Source: Rhodosorus marinus CCMP1338
Lineage: Eukaryota > Plantae > Rhodophyta
Length of the DNA: 64,000 nucleotides
Assembly: GCA_029953675.1 (NCBI GenBank)
Contig: JAMWBK010000004.1
Location: 1,364,001-1,428,000, forward strand
Direction of reading: 5' to 3'
The notes under the pieces were generated by a model, which had not been told where the DNA came from, searched no databases, and saw only the letters and a program-made list of their open reading frames with translations. This document shows, in pieces, positions 25,701 through 37,604 of this stretch (its first letter is position 1; each line of letters begins with the position of its first letter). The position numbers and the translations under genes were made by a program.

Positions 25701-27001
25701 AAGCAGCAGACGAGATTAAGGTACCACGACTTCCGCTTGAGGAAAACAAGGGTGGTCAGTACACGCTCACAACCGACATCTACAAGAAAAGACGCAACCC
25801 ACATTCAAAGTTGTTGCCGCCTATGCTCAGCTTTGGACTGAGTAGATCCCCGAACGGTATCATAGCCTACAAGGGCAATCAGTTTTGTGGAAAGATGAAG
25901 AATGACCTGCTAGTCACTTGGTATTCGCAGTTCGATCAAGTTCGATGGTTGCACATGAACAGCAAAGGGGGCGTAGAAAGAGACGAAACCCTCCGAAGGA
26001 CATCGCTGCAAGCTGGTGGCTTGGATCCATTGAGAAACCCGCTTACGTTGACGCAGAACAAGCGCGGGGACCTGTTCATTTCTGAGTTCTTCGGTATGCA
26101 AGTCCGAGTGTTGAGGCCGAAGGGAACAGGATGCAATAGGCAGACTGCGTCAAGGGCGACAATCCACAGACACGTAGACATTTCTGGAGCCTCTTTGGGT
26201 CATCACATATACGTATTCGGCGGACAGAATTCGGACCTCGATGCTGCGCAGACTTCGGATGTCCATTCGTTTGACATTGTGGAAGACAAGTGGACTACTC
26301 TAGAAGCGAAATTGCCCGTGGCGGCAAGATCTCTTGCCGCTGTGAACTGGAAAGACGAGTCGGTCTTTCTAATAGGCGGTTTCAATGATGATATGGGAGT
26401 GAGCACTTGTGCAAGATTGTCTTTGGAAGGTCAAGTCCACGAGCATGCATCAATGCCTGTTCCCAGAGGAGGATTGAGCGCTATTGCGCTCGGATCGGAG
26501 CGGATTTTGGTTGTGGGAGGGTCAGAACATGCGTCGTTGTGTCCCAGCCGTGAGACGTATATGTATAATCCACACGCAGAGGTGTGGTCCCGGGGGCCGG
26601 ACATGCACGACGAGAGAATGTTCGCAGCATCTGCTTACGTGAACGGAAACGCAATTGTGTGCGGTGGAGTTGGAAAGGCCCTCACGGAGATCCAAACTTG
26701 TGAGAGCTTCGATGGTAGTTCGTGGAAGAGAATTGCAAGTCTTCCTGCCCCCCTCAGCAGAGCAGGAGCAGTATCAACGGGCGATTCCCTGGTGCTGAAG
26801 GGCGGAGAGACGAACGGCAAAGTTTCTCGGGAAATCCTGGAGTACAACCCACAAGAAGATGCGTGGGACACGATTGGAACTATGGCTGTCGGGAGATCCG
26901 CTGGAATCGTCACCAAGGTTCCTGGGGCCGGGATATACGCAATGGGAGGAAGAACAGATGTTGGGGAAGCTCCTCACGCGGATATTTTCGAATACAAGTA
27001 G
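22747..27001 (+). CDS. Large secreted modular protein (~1389 aa): signal peptide, 2 carbohydrate-binding-like beta-sandwiches, Pro-rich linker, ConA/LamG-like sandwich, glucose/sorbosone dehydrogenase-like propeller, 6 Kelch repeats
   Basis: ORFs 22678-24738 and 24830-27001 join via a phase-0 intron 24703-24787 (gtaagg...gctaac...ctag). Signal MRGMNVILIVAAVVVVASC. Propeller motifs TAMAFGPNGKLY, NHGPNSLHFGPDGHLY and YASGLRN. Kelch GG blades IYVFGG, VFLIGG, ILVVGG, AIVCGG, LVLKGG and IYAMGG. Confidence 0.85.
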
Positions 27002-29057
27002 GTGGAGGACTGCTGCTTTATGCAACGTCCTTTTGTTCCGCAAGGGGAGCTTGTGGTTCGCTTGTCAACCGAGGGATAATCAAATTGCACATATCCAAAC
27101 CCGTTGCTTGACAAGGAGTCCGTCGTCTGTCACACACACAGCTGAAGAAGCTACTGGTCATGACTATCTAGTTGCTATCAACGAACACCATACATGCCTT
27201 GCAATGTCGCGCATAGCTACTACTAAAAAATGCCGACTTTTAATAAAACTCATGACAGATACATGAACATAACAAACGTAATTCGCGGAATTGACAGCTC
27301 GCGACAGGGTGGCAGTCGTCCACTTCTCCCTCGTCAGCTTCAAAATTCAAGGACAGTCTCTTCATGGCGAGTATACACCCACTCGATAGGAGCAAGAACA
27401 ACTACTTTCCTACCATACTCCAGCTCTCTTCTGCTGCACGACAACAGGAATCATGCCTGCGATCCACGGAGTGACAAAAACTAGGACTGTAGGCGAGGGC
27501 GAGAATTAGCCTAAAAGACGTAATCACATAAAGTAACATACAGCGACCTGCGTTTGAATGATTTACTTACAAGCCCATTTGAAAGCTTTGGCCCTGTTCA
27601 CCCCGCCCGTGTAGGCCATATAGAACATGTGCTTGTCATGCTGCCAATCGTACTGGTGGATCATCCGATCGAAACAACGAGGAACACTTCATATTAGCAA
27701 AAATCAAAGCCAATTGAAAAAGAAAACACGCTCTACTCATGGGAGCCGCTATAGGGCACGCATGACAGGGAATCTGTCTAGCTCCTCACCTCCTCACGAG
27801 TCGGAATCTTCTCCTGTGGCTCCTCTTTAGGAATTGTTTTCTCTTTGAGGGCCCCTGCTTGCGAGGCCTTTTGCATGTTTCTCGTGGAATGGAAACCACG
27901 CTGGTATTTTCCAGGCGCAACACCCCCTGACTGACTCAAGCCTCGCATAAGGCCTCCCGAACGACTAAGAACAGTGAAGGCTCTCGACTACAATAAACAA
28001 AGAAAACGAAGGCGTAGAAAACACGCAACAGACAATGAGCAACCAAGGCTATAACCAAACCAACTCCAGCTAATTGGAGAGGAACAAGGAGTTCCCTGCT
28101 GTTCCACTAACACAGAAATATAGCGCAGAAAATCCACCCACTAACAGCTCGAAGGCATAGAAAAGATCCCATTCAAATCCACGAAAATCTAGAAGCACGG
28201 ACAGAACTCAAGGATTCGCTCCACTTACCGACGACATTGTTGATCAAATAAGCCTTCTCAAACACTCGATATGTTGTATCCTCTTCGAATCTTCTCCAAA
28301 CAAAAAAAAGCAAACGTGTAGACGAAGCCTGCCTCAAGTCTATGCCGTCCCACAACCTCCCTTCCTCCTGACCGCTCCGACCCTCTGCCTAGAACCTCTA
28401 TATAGAACCCCCTTTTCTATTGTATACAACCCACCTAACCGTCACCCACGATTTCAATACCGTTTGCCGGCCAGAATCAAATGGCCAATGCTCCTCAGCC
28501 CCGACCTTCTATTTTCAATAAAAACTTCATTCAAAGATACCACCCCAGGGGTAAAATCCAAAAAAAAAATTACTCTGAAACTCTATTTCCGCTTAAATAA
28601 AATCAAAAAAGCACACTTCCGCCAAAATGTTCAGCTTTGGTAACCCTCCCGAAAAAAACGATAGCGAGGTCTCAAACCAATCAATATTAGATGAAAGTCA
28701 GTCGATTTAATAATGATTGAGTATATCAGTCAACATGAGATTGTCGCACGTCAGGCAGCTGCGGCCCAGGCATCGCGGTCGTTCCTAGTACTTCCTCCAG
28801 AGCGCCTTTCCGGGCCTTTCGAGGGATTAGATGAGTGACAATGCCAAGAAATGTACACAGATTGTCCTCCCCAGTACGCGCTGAGAATAATCTAAGTGTT
28901 GCATCTATTTATCCCGGCGCGCCGCCGGCGGAAGTACAAATCTCGGTTATTTTGAAGTAGTTGCAGCGTGGGTTTTTGTTTCTTCATCCCCTGCCCACAG
29001 GAGGCGTCGCACCTCTCGTAGACACTGCGATACTGGTTGTTTTCCCTGATGATGTAC

Positions 29058-29978
29058 TCAGTTCGCCAGACTCTCTATTATGCTCGCCCGCATCTCCCCG
29101 AGAATATTGGAGGGTTGAGAGCTTCCAAGTTTGAGGACAGACTGTATGACTTCGAGTTCCATACCAGTCGTATCCAGCCCACAGAATGCAGACCAATCGT
29201 TCGCCACGACTCCAGTTCCTACCAATCCGCTTCCCCGATTCACAGTTCCAGCTACCAACGGAACCTGTTGACGCGGCAAAACACTCTTAGCACAATCTTG
29301 AGAAAGCTTCGTGTAGAGCTTATCGTCGAGTACGAACGCATACCTGGAGAAGAGACGACAGCTCATCTTGGTCCTCAATTGAACATTCAGGATGGACAAT
29401 TCCTCCCTGGTTGGTAAACACCGAGTAGGTCCCAACCAGAGGTTCTCCCGCAATGGAATGTCTTATAGTTTCCACTCCCAACACGTCAGCAACGACCTCC
29501 TCGCTCTCCTTCGAGATATCAGGATGGATAAGAGCCACATAATCGTTGCAGGCAATACAGTTTCCCAAGGCAGTCAACCTGTCACTACAACGTACTATTC
29601 GTACAGTATCGGGAAGAGAATTCGCCATATGTTGCATCTCCTGGTCTGTCACTGAATCAGGAAGCACCAGTCCGTTCTTATTCCCAGCAACCATCCTACC
29701 AACTATCCTCGTCCCGCTCACTGATACGCGAACCACGGGAATGTGATCCGCAAGCTCGGCCTAATCAGCCAAAAATTTCCACAACAATCAGAACAAAATT
29801 TGAGCTCCAAACAAAGAAGGGAAGAAATCCAAGGTGGAACTTAGTTTACCTCAAACACCGAATAAAAGTTCTCAGAACCACCTGAAGCAACCAAACAGTA
29901 GGTGTTCGTTAGACAAGAGAACACTCCTATCTCACTGCTCCCCTCAAACTGACAAGTTACCGCCGACCTCTCCTGCAT
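29058..29978 (-). CDS. EIF6: Eukaryotic translation initiation factor 6 (250 aa)
   Basis: Exons 29978-29850, 29760-29344 and 29264-29058, all phase 0. Motifs [50 protein letters not shown] and [13 protein letters not shown]. Confidence 0.97.
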
Positions 29979-30275
29979 GTTTGGCAATCGATCAACAACG
30001 CTTACGATAACAAAAACAAACAAAAGCACTGGAACTACCAAAACCAAGCTCTTGTATTCAATCCTTCCCTCTTCTTCACGTATACTAATATCAACGCTTG
30101 CTCAAAACTACCCAAGGCAATCCCCCCCTCCCGCATTCCTACGAGCACGTCCCGCTCTCCTCGCTAAATAGCCCCCGATCGTTGAAAAAAAAAACTTGAG
30201 CACAAATTCCGTCAGGATATGTCGACGACGTTCGCAAAAAGCCTTAAAAGAGTACCATTTTGAGGGGTTCTTGGT

Positions 30276-30517
30276 CTTCGCGGTAATGAGTACTATTCTG
30301 TCCGCTTTGTGGCGGCGTAGTGAAGTTCTTGAAAAAAGGAACCGAAGCTCGAGCCATCGTTTTGTCGCATCACCCCTCCCCCGTCTCCATTCTGTCCTTC
30401 GCGGTAATGAGTACTATTCTGTCCGCTTTGTGGCGGCGTAGTGAAGTTCTTGAAAAAAGGAACCGAAGCTCGAGCCATCGTTTTGTCGCATCACCCCTCC
30501 CCCGTCTCCATTCTGTC
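30276..30517. repeat. Perfect 121-bp tandem duplication
   Basis: 30276-30396 is identical by eye to 30397-30517 (cttcgcggtaatgagtac...ctccattctgtc). Confidence 0.95.
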
Positions 30518-31004
30518 TGCTGCTGCCAAAGGTCTTTGTGGAGTATTTAGCGTGTTCGTGAACTGGTCGTTGTGATTCAGCAGAGGGTAACGCCGCCCAT
30601 CGTTCTGTTGGATCACGGCTTGGTGACTTTCGCCCTTTCCCTCCACGCGCTTCTGACGTGTGAACTCTGTTCGGGAACTTGCCAGGTCCGTTGTGGCAGC
30701 GTAGAGCCAGCTATAGAACTATTTGAAGATATAGCTAGCGTCTCCGAATGTGATAAGCATAGCTCACCCCTTCATTGGAATGATTCTGACCAAGAAACGA
30801 CATCACGTATTTTCAAGTTTCCATCTGCAAGTACGTCTACAAACCACCACAAACCTCCTCAAGTAAGCAAATCAGAAAACCTCGCGTTAACGAACTTCAG
30901 ATAAGTAACACCCCATCTCTGTGCGACAAGTCAAGGTGACTACCCAAAGAAGGACTATTCGGAAGACTAACGAAAATGGGAAAAACGGCTCTGCCGTAGG
31001 ACAC

Positions 31005-31084
31005 CGATGAACATTGTGCGTAAATACACATAAATTCCCTTAAGACCACGATGAACATTGTATATAAATGCACATAAATTCCCC
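31005..31084. repeat. 44-bp-period imperfect doublet just upstream of the tRNA
   Basis: cgatgaacattgtgcgtaaatacacataaattccc versus cgatgaacattgtatataaatgcacataaattccc. The second copy contains a TATA-like tatataaa about 30 nt before the tRNA. Confidence 0.85.
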
Positions 31085-31097
31085 GACGAGGGTAACT

Positions 31098-31171
31098 GCG
31101 CTCGTGGCCAAATTGGATAAGGCGCCCGCCTACGGAGCGGGAGATTGCAGGTTCGAGTCCTGCCGTGCGTG
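31098..31171 (+). tRNA. tRNA-Arg (anticodon ACG), intronless
   Basis: Cloverleaf: acceptor GCGCTCG/CGTGCGT, D-arm TGGCCAAATTGGATAAGGC, anticodon arm CCCGC-CTACGGA-GCGGG, T-arm GCAGG-TTCGAGT-CCTGC. Confidence 0.95.
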
Positions 31172-31179
31172 CGGTATAC

Positions 31180-31184
31180 TTTTT
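31180..31184 (+). terminator. RNA polymerase III oligo-T terminator of tRNA-Arg
   Basis: A T5 run starts 9 nt after the discriminator base. Confidence 0.7.
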
Positions 31185-31292
31185 CCTTAGAAAATTAGTA
31201 TCCTTGGAAGAGGTTGATGAATTCATGTTCTTCATGTTTCAGCATCGTTTTACGCCCATTTCCCTAACTTAGCGTGGGAAGGGGGAGCAGCG

Positions 31293-31355
31293 GGGTATTC
31301 AGTTATATAGGTAGATGCTGGCCAGGGTATTCAGTTGTATGGGTAGATGCTGGCC
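31293..31355. repeat. 32-bp-period doublet
   Basis: gggtattcagttatataggtagatgctggcc versus gggtattcagttgtatgggtagatgctggcc. Confidence 0.9.
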
Positions 31356-32246
31356 GGCAACGGCAATTTTTCCGGGTTTGTCTGAACTTGGTATGCTTGA
31401 CGATGCCTCGCCTTTCGACTGGCTTGAAGAGGCGGTACTGTCTGGTACCAAGCACACTACGCTTGCCTCTCTGCGTCAGCGATTGCACATACGGGAAAGC
31501 TCAGCGGAGGTAAGTAGTTGAAACTGCAATAGCACTAGTACGGAAGAGGATCGTGTGATGGCGAGTGGGGGTTCGCGGGATGTTTGCTGTTTTTTTCACT
31601 TCCCACTGCAGTGCCAGCGTACGAGCAGGTCCTGTCGACTATGAGCACATGCTCCGAAGCTTGACAACTTATGGATCCACGGCCTCAATCCCTAAGATAC
31701 TTTCTCAGTGAAACGTTCGCATTGCTCGTTGTCTAAGACATGAATCTGAATGTTTTGTCTGAACAAAATTGAAACTGAATTCATTTTTCAAAATTGGGGT
31801 CCCTTGACTAACGCCATGAACTTTGTCGTCTTTCTCTAGCTGCAGAGATACCGGTCCCGTATCCGGTTGACTCGTGCACATTCAACTAACAAGCCGAATT
31901 TAAACCACTCTTGGAGCTTTTCAAGAGCTATTCCAATGGCTATCCACGGCCCCACTACAACTCATTTGAAAAAACGCTGCGTTTTTACTCAACGAGGAGT
32001 GCTCGTAGATAAATTAAAAAAAAAATTGCATGTGGGAGAGAGAGTGCACCGAGAATTCACTCCTTTCAGCAACTGCAATTGAACCAAGAAACTGGACATG
32101 ACGGATAACGGCTTACGTTCGTAGCGTAACGGAAGTCGATCGCAAGATAAGATTCAACAATAACAACTTTAAGCGACTCGACAGTCTTCCCACTGTGGCG
32201 AACCCCTTCACCAACTGTTGCATGAATATCATAACCGGCGATTAGT

Positions 32247-32344
32247 GGGCTCCCGGTAATTTTCAGAAGCTCGTGTCACTCGCGTCACTCACGTCGGGCT
32301 CCTGGTAATTTTCAGAAGCTCGTGTCACTCGCGTCACTCGCGTC
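32247..32344. repeat. 49-bp tandem doublet with internal cgcgtcact sub-repeats
   Basis: gggctcc(c/t)ggtaattttcagaagctcgtgtcactcgcgtcactc(a/g)cgtc x2, two mismatches. Confidence 0.92.
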
Positions 32345-35300
32345 ACCGCTCACTGCAGGCAGCAGAAACGGACTAGTGGTCTTGGGAACACGCGGATGTA
32401 TTCGAAGAAACTACGTAAATATCTATGGATGGAATAGATCCGTTAAAACTCCCTCATTCACATGCATTGAAGGTCGTCTTCCAGCTCCTACTCGTTGAAA
32501 CGAGCCCAAACCAAGCTTTAGCGTACTATCAAACCCCAGATCTCAACGGCGGGCGAGCCTGTCGATTGTCCAAACAAAATCGGTCCAAGCCACTACCTTA
32601 CGAAAATAGCTCAGCAAGTGAATTCGGGTCACCGTCCCCGTGTATCCGCAAGAGCGGCTACTGATGCGCATCGGTTCGCTACAACAATTATGGGAGATAA
32701 TCGCCATTCCGTGCTCTAGCATCAACTGAACGTGGCCCTAAAATCCTCAACAGCGCCGTTCACTTCACACTTCCCTAACCCCTACTAAAAAAAACCCAAC
32801 GGAAATAAATATTCGAGCAAGCCACATCCTCCATCCTTACTACTGGCCGAAAACCCAAAAGTCCGTTTAAAACCAAAAAAAAAGTCATAGCGGATGTGTA
32901 CCCATTTCAATCCCATCGATGGTCAAGGAAAACCAGTTCTTACAGAACCTCAAAAACACTAAAACATACCACGAAAATATCTGAACCTGAACACTCTCTG
33001 ATTTTTGGCAATAAAAACACCCAGCCTATCAAAATCACCTCCATCCATTTTTATCCCAAAAATTTTCCCACGACGTTGAAAATAGTCTTGAATTTTAATA
33101 CAAAGACGAAAGCTCTCACACTAAACCCCCCTCCCCCTCTCTCTCGAACTTTTACTTACTTTCGCTAAGCGTTGCACCATCTTCCTTTTTGTTTCCTTTT
33201 TTCTTTTCTTTTCGGGGGAGATTTTGGAAGAGTTCTAAAATCATTTCATTCGAAACATAATCATAAAATAAAACAAAATTGATCATATAAAAAAAGGAAG
33301 CGAGCTCATCGTGGTTGGCCCAATGAAGAGGATCTGTGAAACTGATTGCAATAATGAAATCTATACAATAAATCCCTTCTCAGCCAATAACCATCACTTT
33401 GAATCAAGCAATGGAAAAGGAGTCTAGAAATATTGTAGGGGCTCGACTTATAATTTACGTTTACGTTGTAATATAATGTATAAACGATATAATAATTTTA
33501 TATTTTATATATTAGTGGATAACATATCGTGTCTATATACCGTTTTCCAATTCGCTAGTGCGTGGATCTTCTCCTTAATTCACTGTTTCTTCTAGCTGAA
33601 AACTATGCTAACTGTCTACGGCCTCGTATAAATATTGAAATATGCTACACTTTTGCATGATGATCGATGAGTCTATGTTTGTTTGTTTTTGAGAAGTATT
33701 CGTACAATTCTTCCTTTTCACCGGAAACCGGAGTGGAGGTTCTAAACAGCCTTTGGGTCGAAAAACAAGCGAAAGCGATAGTCCACGGCTTTCGGCGACA
33801 CTGAAAAATTATCAACAAGCCTACTTGCCTGGACTAACTGGGATGCTTCGATTTCAGCAGGGATTGGACCTAAACCTAGTAGCAGCCTATGTTTTCGAAG
33901 ATGGGAAGAGGGGTTGTTAATAAGTGCACTAGACGACGAAAACGGCGAAAACAGGAAACGAAAGGGTGGGAGTCGATTAGAGATCGCTGGAAGACTAGGC
34001 CACAGTGTCCATTGCTGGCCTCACCCCCAAGCAGCGAGATTTTGGGCTTCCTGGCTTGTCAATAGATAGTTTTTCTTGTACCCTTTAGCCCCTCTGATGT
34101 GCATAGCTTTATGGAGGATTGGTTCTCCCTGTGGTACATGATCTCTTCTGAGTTTTGTGAAAGTAAGTCCACCCTGTACTAAGAGTAAATTTTAAAGTAA
34201 TTCCACTACTAGTAAGCTTACAAAAATATTGAATTAATAAAATAATGCAATTATCCGGTCCTATGACCAATGGAAACAGGCATGAAGAACGGGGATCGTT
34301 GGTGATTGGCGAATTTTCGATTCGAGAGGGCGAATGAAGCACTTTCAAGGTTTGTCATCAAGAAGCGAGATAGTTCAATTTTCGTCCGAATGAATGGTCG
34401 GGGTTGTGAAGTGGACAAATAATTACGATGAAGCGAATACTTGACTTTTTTTCCTCTTCAGAGAGACCACCAGCGCAGGTGCTGAAGTCCAACGCCCGCA
34501 AGCCCTCCTCTGCAAAAAACTAATAGAATACCTTTCATTGATTGGTACTCATTGGCGGACCGTGTATATGCTGAAGTTTGGAAGAAAGTACGGTACCCAC
34601 TTACACCGTGTACTCATTCATTGCTCGGATGCTAAACAAAATGGTGCGCGAAATACTTTAAGGGGGGTCAGTATCCGCTTGTTCGCCTGTCTGCTAAGAA
34701 ACACTTGAATTACGGAATAGATTCCAGCACTTGTGTTTTGCGCGAGCAACAACCCCGGTTTGAATCCACGACTTCAATCGGATGCTTTGAATCGATCGCC
34801 TAACAGTTGTATTTTCTCCAGGAAAACGAGATAAAGCGGACCTCCTAAAAGTTTTCCTTAATTCTATAATCGGCGTATTGACTACTTACAAAGCCACAAG
34901 AACTTCTAAAAATTAAGACCGACATGAACTTACAATACCGACGTTCTCCATTTGTATTAAATTTTGTTGGTACTGCTCCTACTGCGCTGGAAAATGAAGT
35001 CGAATTTAACATAATTCAATAGGGGTCTTTTTCCGAAGAAACTCCAATTTTTTGTGAAATCGCATTTTAAAGTTTATATATAAAATATCTTCAATCTGGG
35101 ATAGGTTATCTGTTTCATTGGTTTTATCCACTTTCTCGACAACTAAGACTTAAAACGGCGGTCCGGAAAACCCTACCAAACGAGTGGGTCGCGCGCTCTC
35201 GTCTTCTCGAAATCTTATAAAATTTGAACTGCACAAACGCTCTATATGGACCTTTCGAATAAAAAAAAAGAAAAAAAGATGAAGCAAAAAACGAGGGGTG

Positions 35301-36333
35301 GGAACAAGGGGGGTAAAAAGAATTCGCGCATGACTCCTTACAAGTTCCGAAATCAGCTCGATTATCTCCCAATCTCTGGATTCAGAGAATTTTATTCACC
35401 GGATGAAGAGGGGGGGATACAAACTAGGTTCGAGTCCAATCCGTTCTTCGTTGTAATACAGTAAAAACATATCCTTAAGCTGAATTTATTTGAATATACA
35501 ATATATTAGCGTGATATGGTTGGCTGGAAAACCGATAAAGGACAGAAGAAAAAGAGTCGATGGATGGAACGCTGCAGCCGTTGAAGGTTCTCAAAAACAA
35601 CATAAAAAGTGGAAAGTGAACCCCGAAAAAAAAAGGCCCTCCCCCCCCCTCCCGCCCACCCACTCCTGGAAATAGATATAACCTTTAAGGAAAAAAAAGG
35701 AAGATTTCTTGAAATCTTGTTGGCTGTCCTCGATTATGCTTGATTTATTTTTTTTTCTAGTCAAGCCCACCAAATAAAAATTGCTAGCTTTTTTGCATCC
35801 GTGTGAAAATGAAGGGGTTCCCGGGGGGAGGCAGGAGGAGGAGAAGGAGAGGGGGGATGAGACCAGCTTAAGAAAAGATGGAATAAGGTAATATGGGAAT
35901 GAAATCGTCTCTGTTTCATTTTTTATTATTATTAAGGACAGATCTTGGGCCCGAAAATCAAAATAAAAAAAATTCGACGGGGAGTTCATCGGATTAAACG
36001 ACGAACAGAGGAGGGGTGGGAAAGGAGCGTCTATTTCTACTAAAACACGATAAAAAGATTTCCAAAATAAGGTGGGCCCCCTACGAAAGAAAAGAAAGTA
36101 CAAATGATTTGGAAGAGATAATCAGTCGGCAAAAGAAGAAATTTGTGTGTTTTGAAAAAAAAACAAGGAGTAGTAGTGGTGGGCGGTTGGAAGGGAGATT
36201 TTAGGCTTCCAACATATATATGGAGGGAGTAAGATCCTAGGAGGTGGGAGGGGGGAGGCAGGGATGAGGAGAGAGAGGAAAGGGAGTGTCTAGAGCGTAG
36301 TGCGTGGGGTGAACAAGTCTAACTGCTGGGACG

Positions 36334-36855
36334 ATGGATCCGATCTTAGTGAAGAAGGGTGTGTATAGGTGTCCAGTGAAGGGATGCAGCAAGGTCTCGC
36401 AGAGGAAGCACAATGTACAGATGCACTTGAGAAGGCATACGAAGGAGAAGCCGTTTAAATGTAGTTATGAGGGATGCACGATGGCGTATGGATGGAAGTC
36501 CAGTTTGAATCAACATGAAAAGCTTCACGTGAGGGATGGAGACAAGAAGGTCGATTGCGGAATGACTTTACTCGCCCATGTGGCGGAGGAGGAGAACCTC
36601 AAGTTGCCATACAACTCGAGCACTCTGTTCAAGCTTCTTTCTAATGAGAAGGAGTCGATGAATCTTTCAGAGGTCTCTAATGAGTCGCTGGAAAAACCTG
36701 AAGATGAGGTTGAGCCGGAGTTTTACTGCGAAGTGAAGGTCTTCGGGGATGCAAAGCCCGCGAAGTTAATTAGCTGTCCCCATGATGCCTGTTGCAAACT
36801 GTTCAGCTATGAACACGACATGAAGATTCACTGCAAAGAGCATATTCAAGCCTGA
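36334..36855 (+). CDS. C2H2 zinc-finger protein (3 fingers, C-x4-C type)
   Basis: YRCPVKGCSKVSQRKHNVQMHLRRH-TKEKPF-KCSYEGCTMAYGWKSSLNQHEKLH, plus C-terminal SCPHDACCKLFSYEHDMKIHCKEH. Confidence 0.92.
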   Translation: MDPILVKKGVYRCPVKGCSKVSQRKHNVQMHLRRHTKEKPFKCSYEGCTMAYGWKSSLNQHEKLHVRDGDKKVDCGMTLLAHVAEEENLKLPYNSSTLFKLLSNEKESMNLSEVSNESLEKPEDEVEPEFYCEVKVFGDAKPAKLISCPHDACCKLFSYEHDMKIHCKEHIQA

Positions 36856-37034
36856 TTTGGCTAAAAGGAACTGCACATATATTTAAGAAATGACGACTGG
36901 CTCGGTCTGGACAGGAATACGGGCTCTGTTTTAAGTGTGGAGGTAAACCAAACCACATTTGGCAAGTAACTGATGAATTAAATGAAAACTATTTTTTGGT
37001 CAAGCGACCCAGAGCCATGTCAAGTTAACAAACC

Positions 37035-37425
37035 TCAGCTGAGACCGCAACGGAACTAGCCACGTACTCTCTGTTGGGAACCGCTACCATGGAATTCCTT
37101 CATGGCAGACGATAGATTGCCGCACTACGTTCACAACGAACTGCGCTCTAGCTCAGCGTTAAGATTCGCAAAAGGACCCAGCCACCCACCCTCCGTCCAA
37201 CCACGACCATATTGAAAGAAACATAGCTTGCTGGATTGTGTTAAAGACTGAAACCCGCTCCACTAGATCAGCGCTGGTCTAGTGGAACTTGAGCTGGAAC
37301 GCAAAGGACGTTGAGTGCTAGCACTCTCTGTCAGCAACCACGACCATGTGGCAAGATGCATGCCAGACCTGGCTTGAAGCACCGCGCTAAGACTGAAAGA
37401 CGATGACCTAGGGATCAGCGCTATA
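37035..37425. repeat. Three highly diverged ~120-137-bp units
   Basis: Anchors aacc(g/a)c(t/g)accat at 37079, 37199 and 37336, and ctag..tcagcg at 37148, 37263 and 37408. The stretch ctag..actctctgt precedes units 1 and 3. Confidence 0.55.
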
Positions 37426-37604
37426 GTAGTCTGGTGGATGACTTCTGTCAGGATATACTTTCTTATTTGTAGTACAAGATAATTTCTTTACAAGCTTAAC
37501 AAATGCAATATTCCGCGAAACTATGTGCGTAACAGCAAATGACCGTCTGAGCCGCGATGGCTATTTGACCACTCAAAAAGACATCGACAAAACCCAGATA
37601 ACCA

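Noticed and set aside
30276-32344. Short direct repeats considered as a CRISPR array
   Set aside because: Each repeat has only two adjacent copies with no unique spacers, there are no cas genes, and the context is eukaryotic.
32425-32725. Overlapping 79-aa and 60-aa ORFs near the window centre
   Set aside because: They have no recognisable motif and their lengths are within chance expectation.
33820-33960. tacttgcctggac, resembling the U1 snRNA 5' end
   Set aside because: There is a mismatch in the splice-site-pairing sequence, and no convincing U1-70K loop, U1A loop or Sm site follows.
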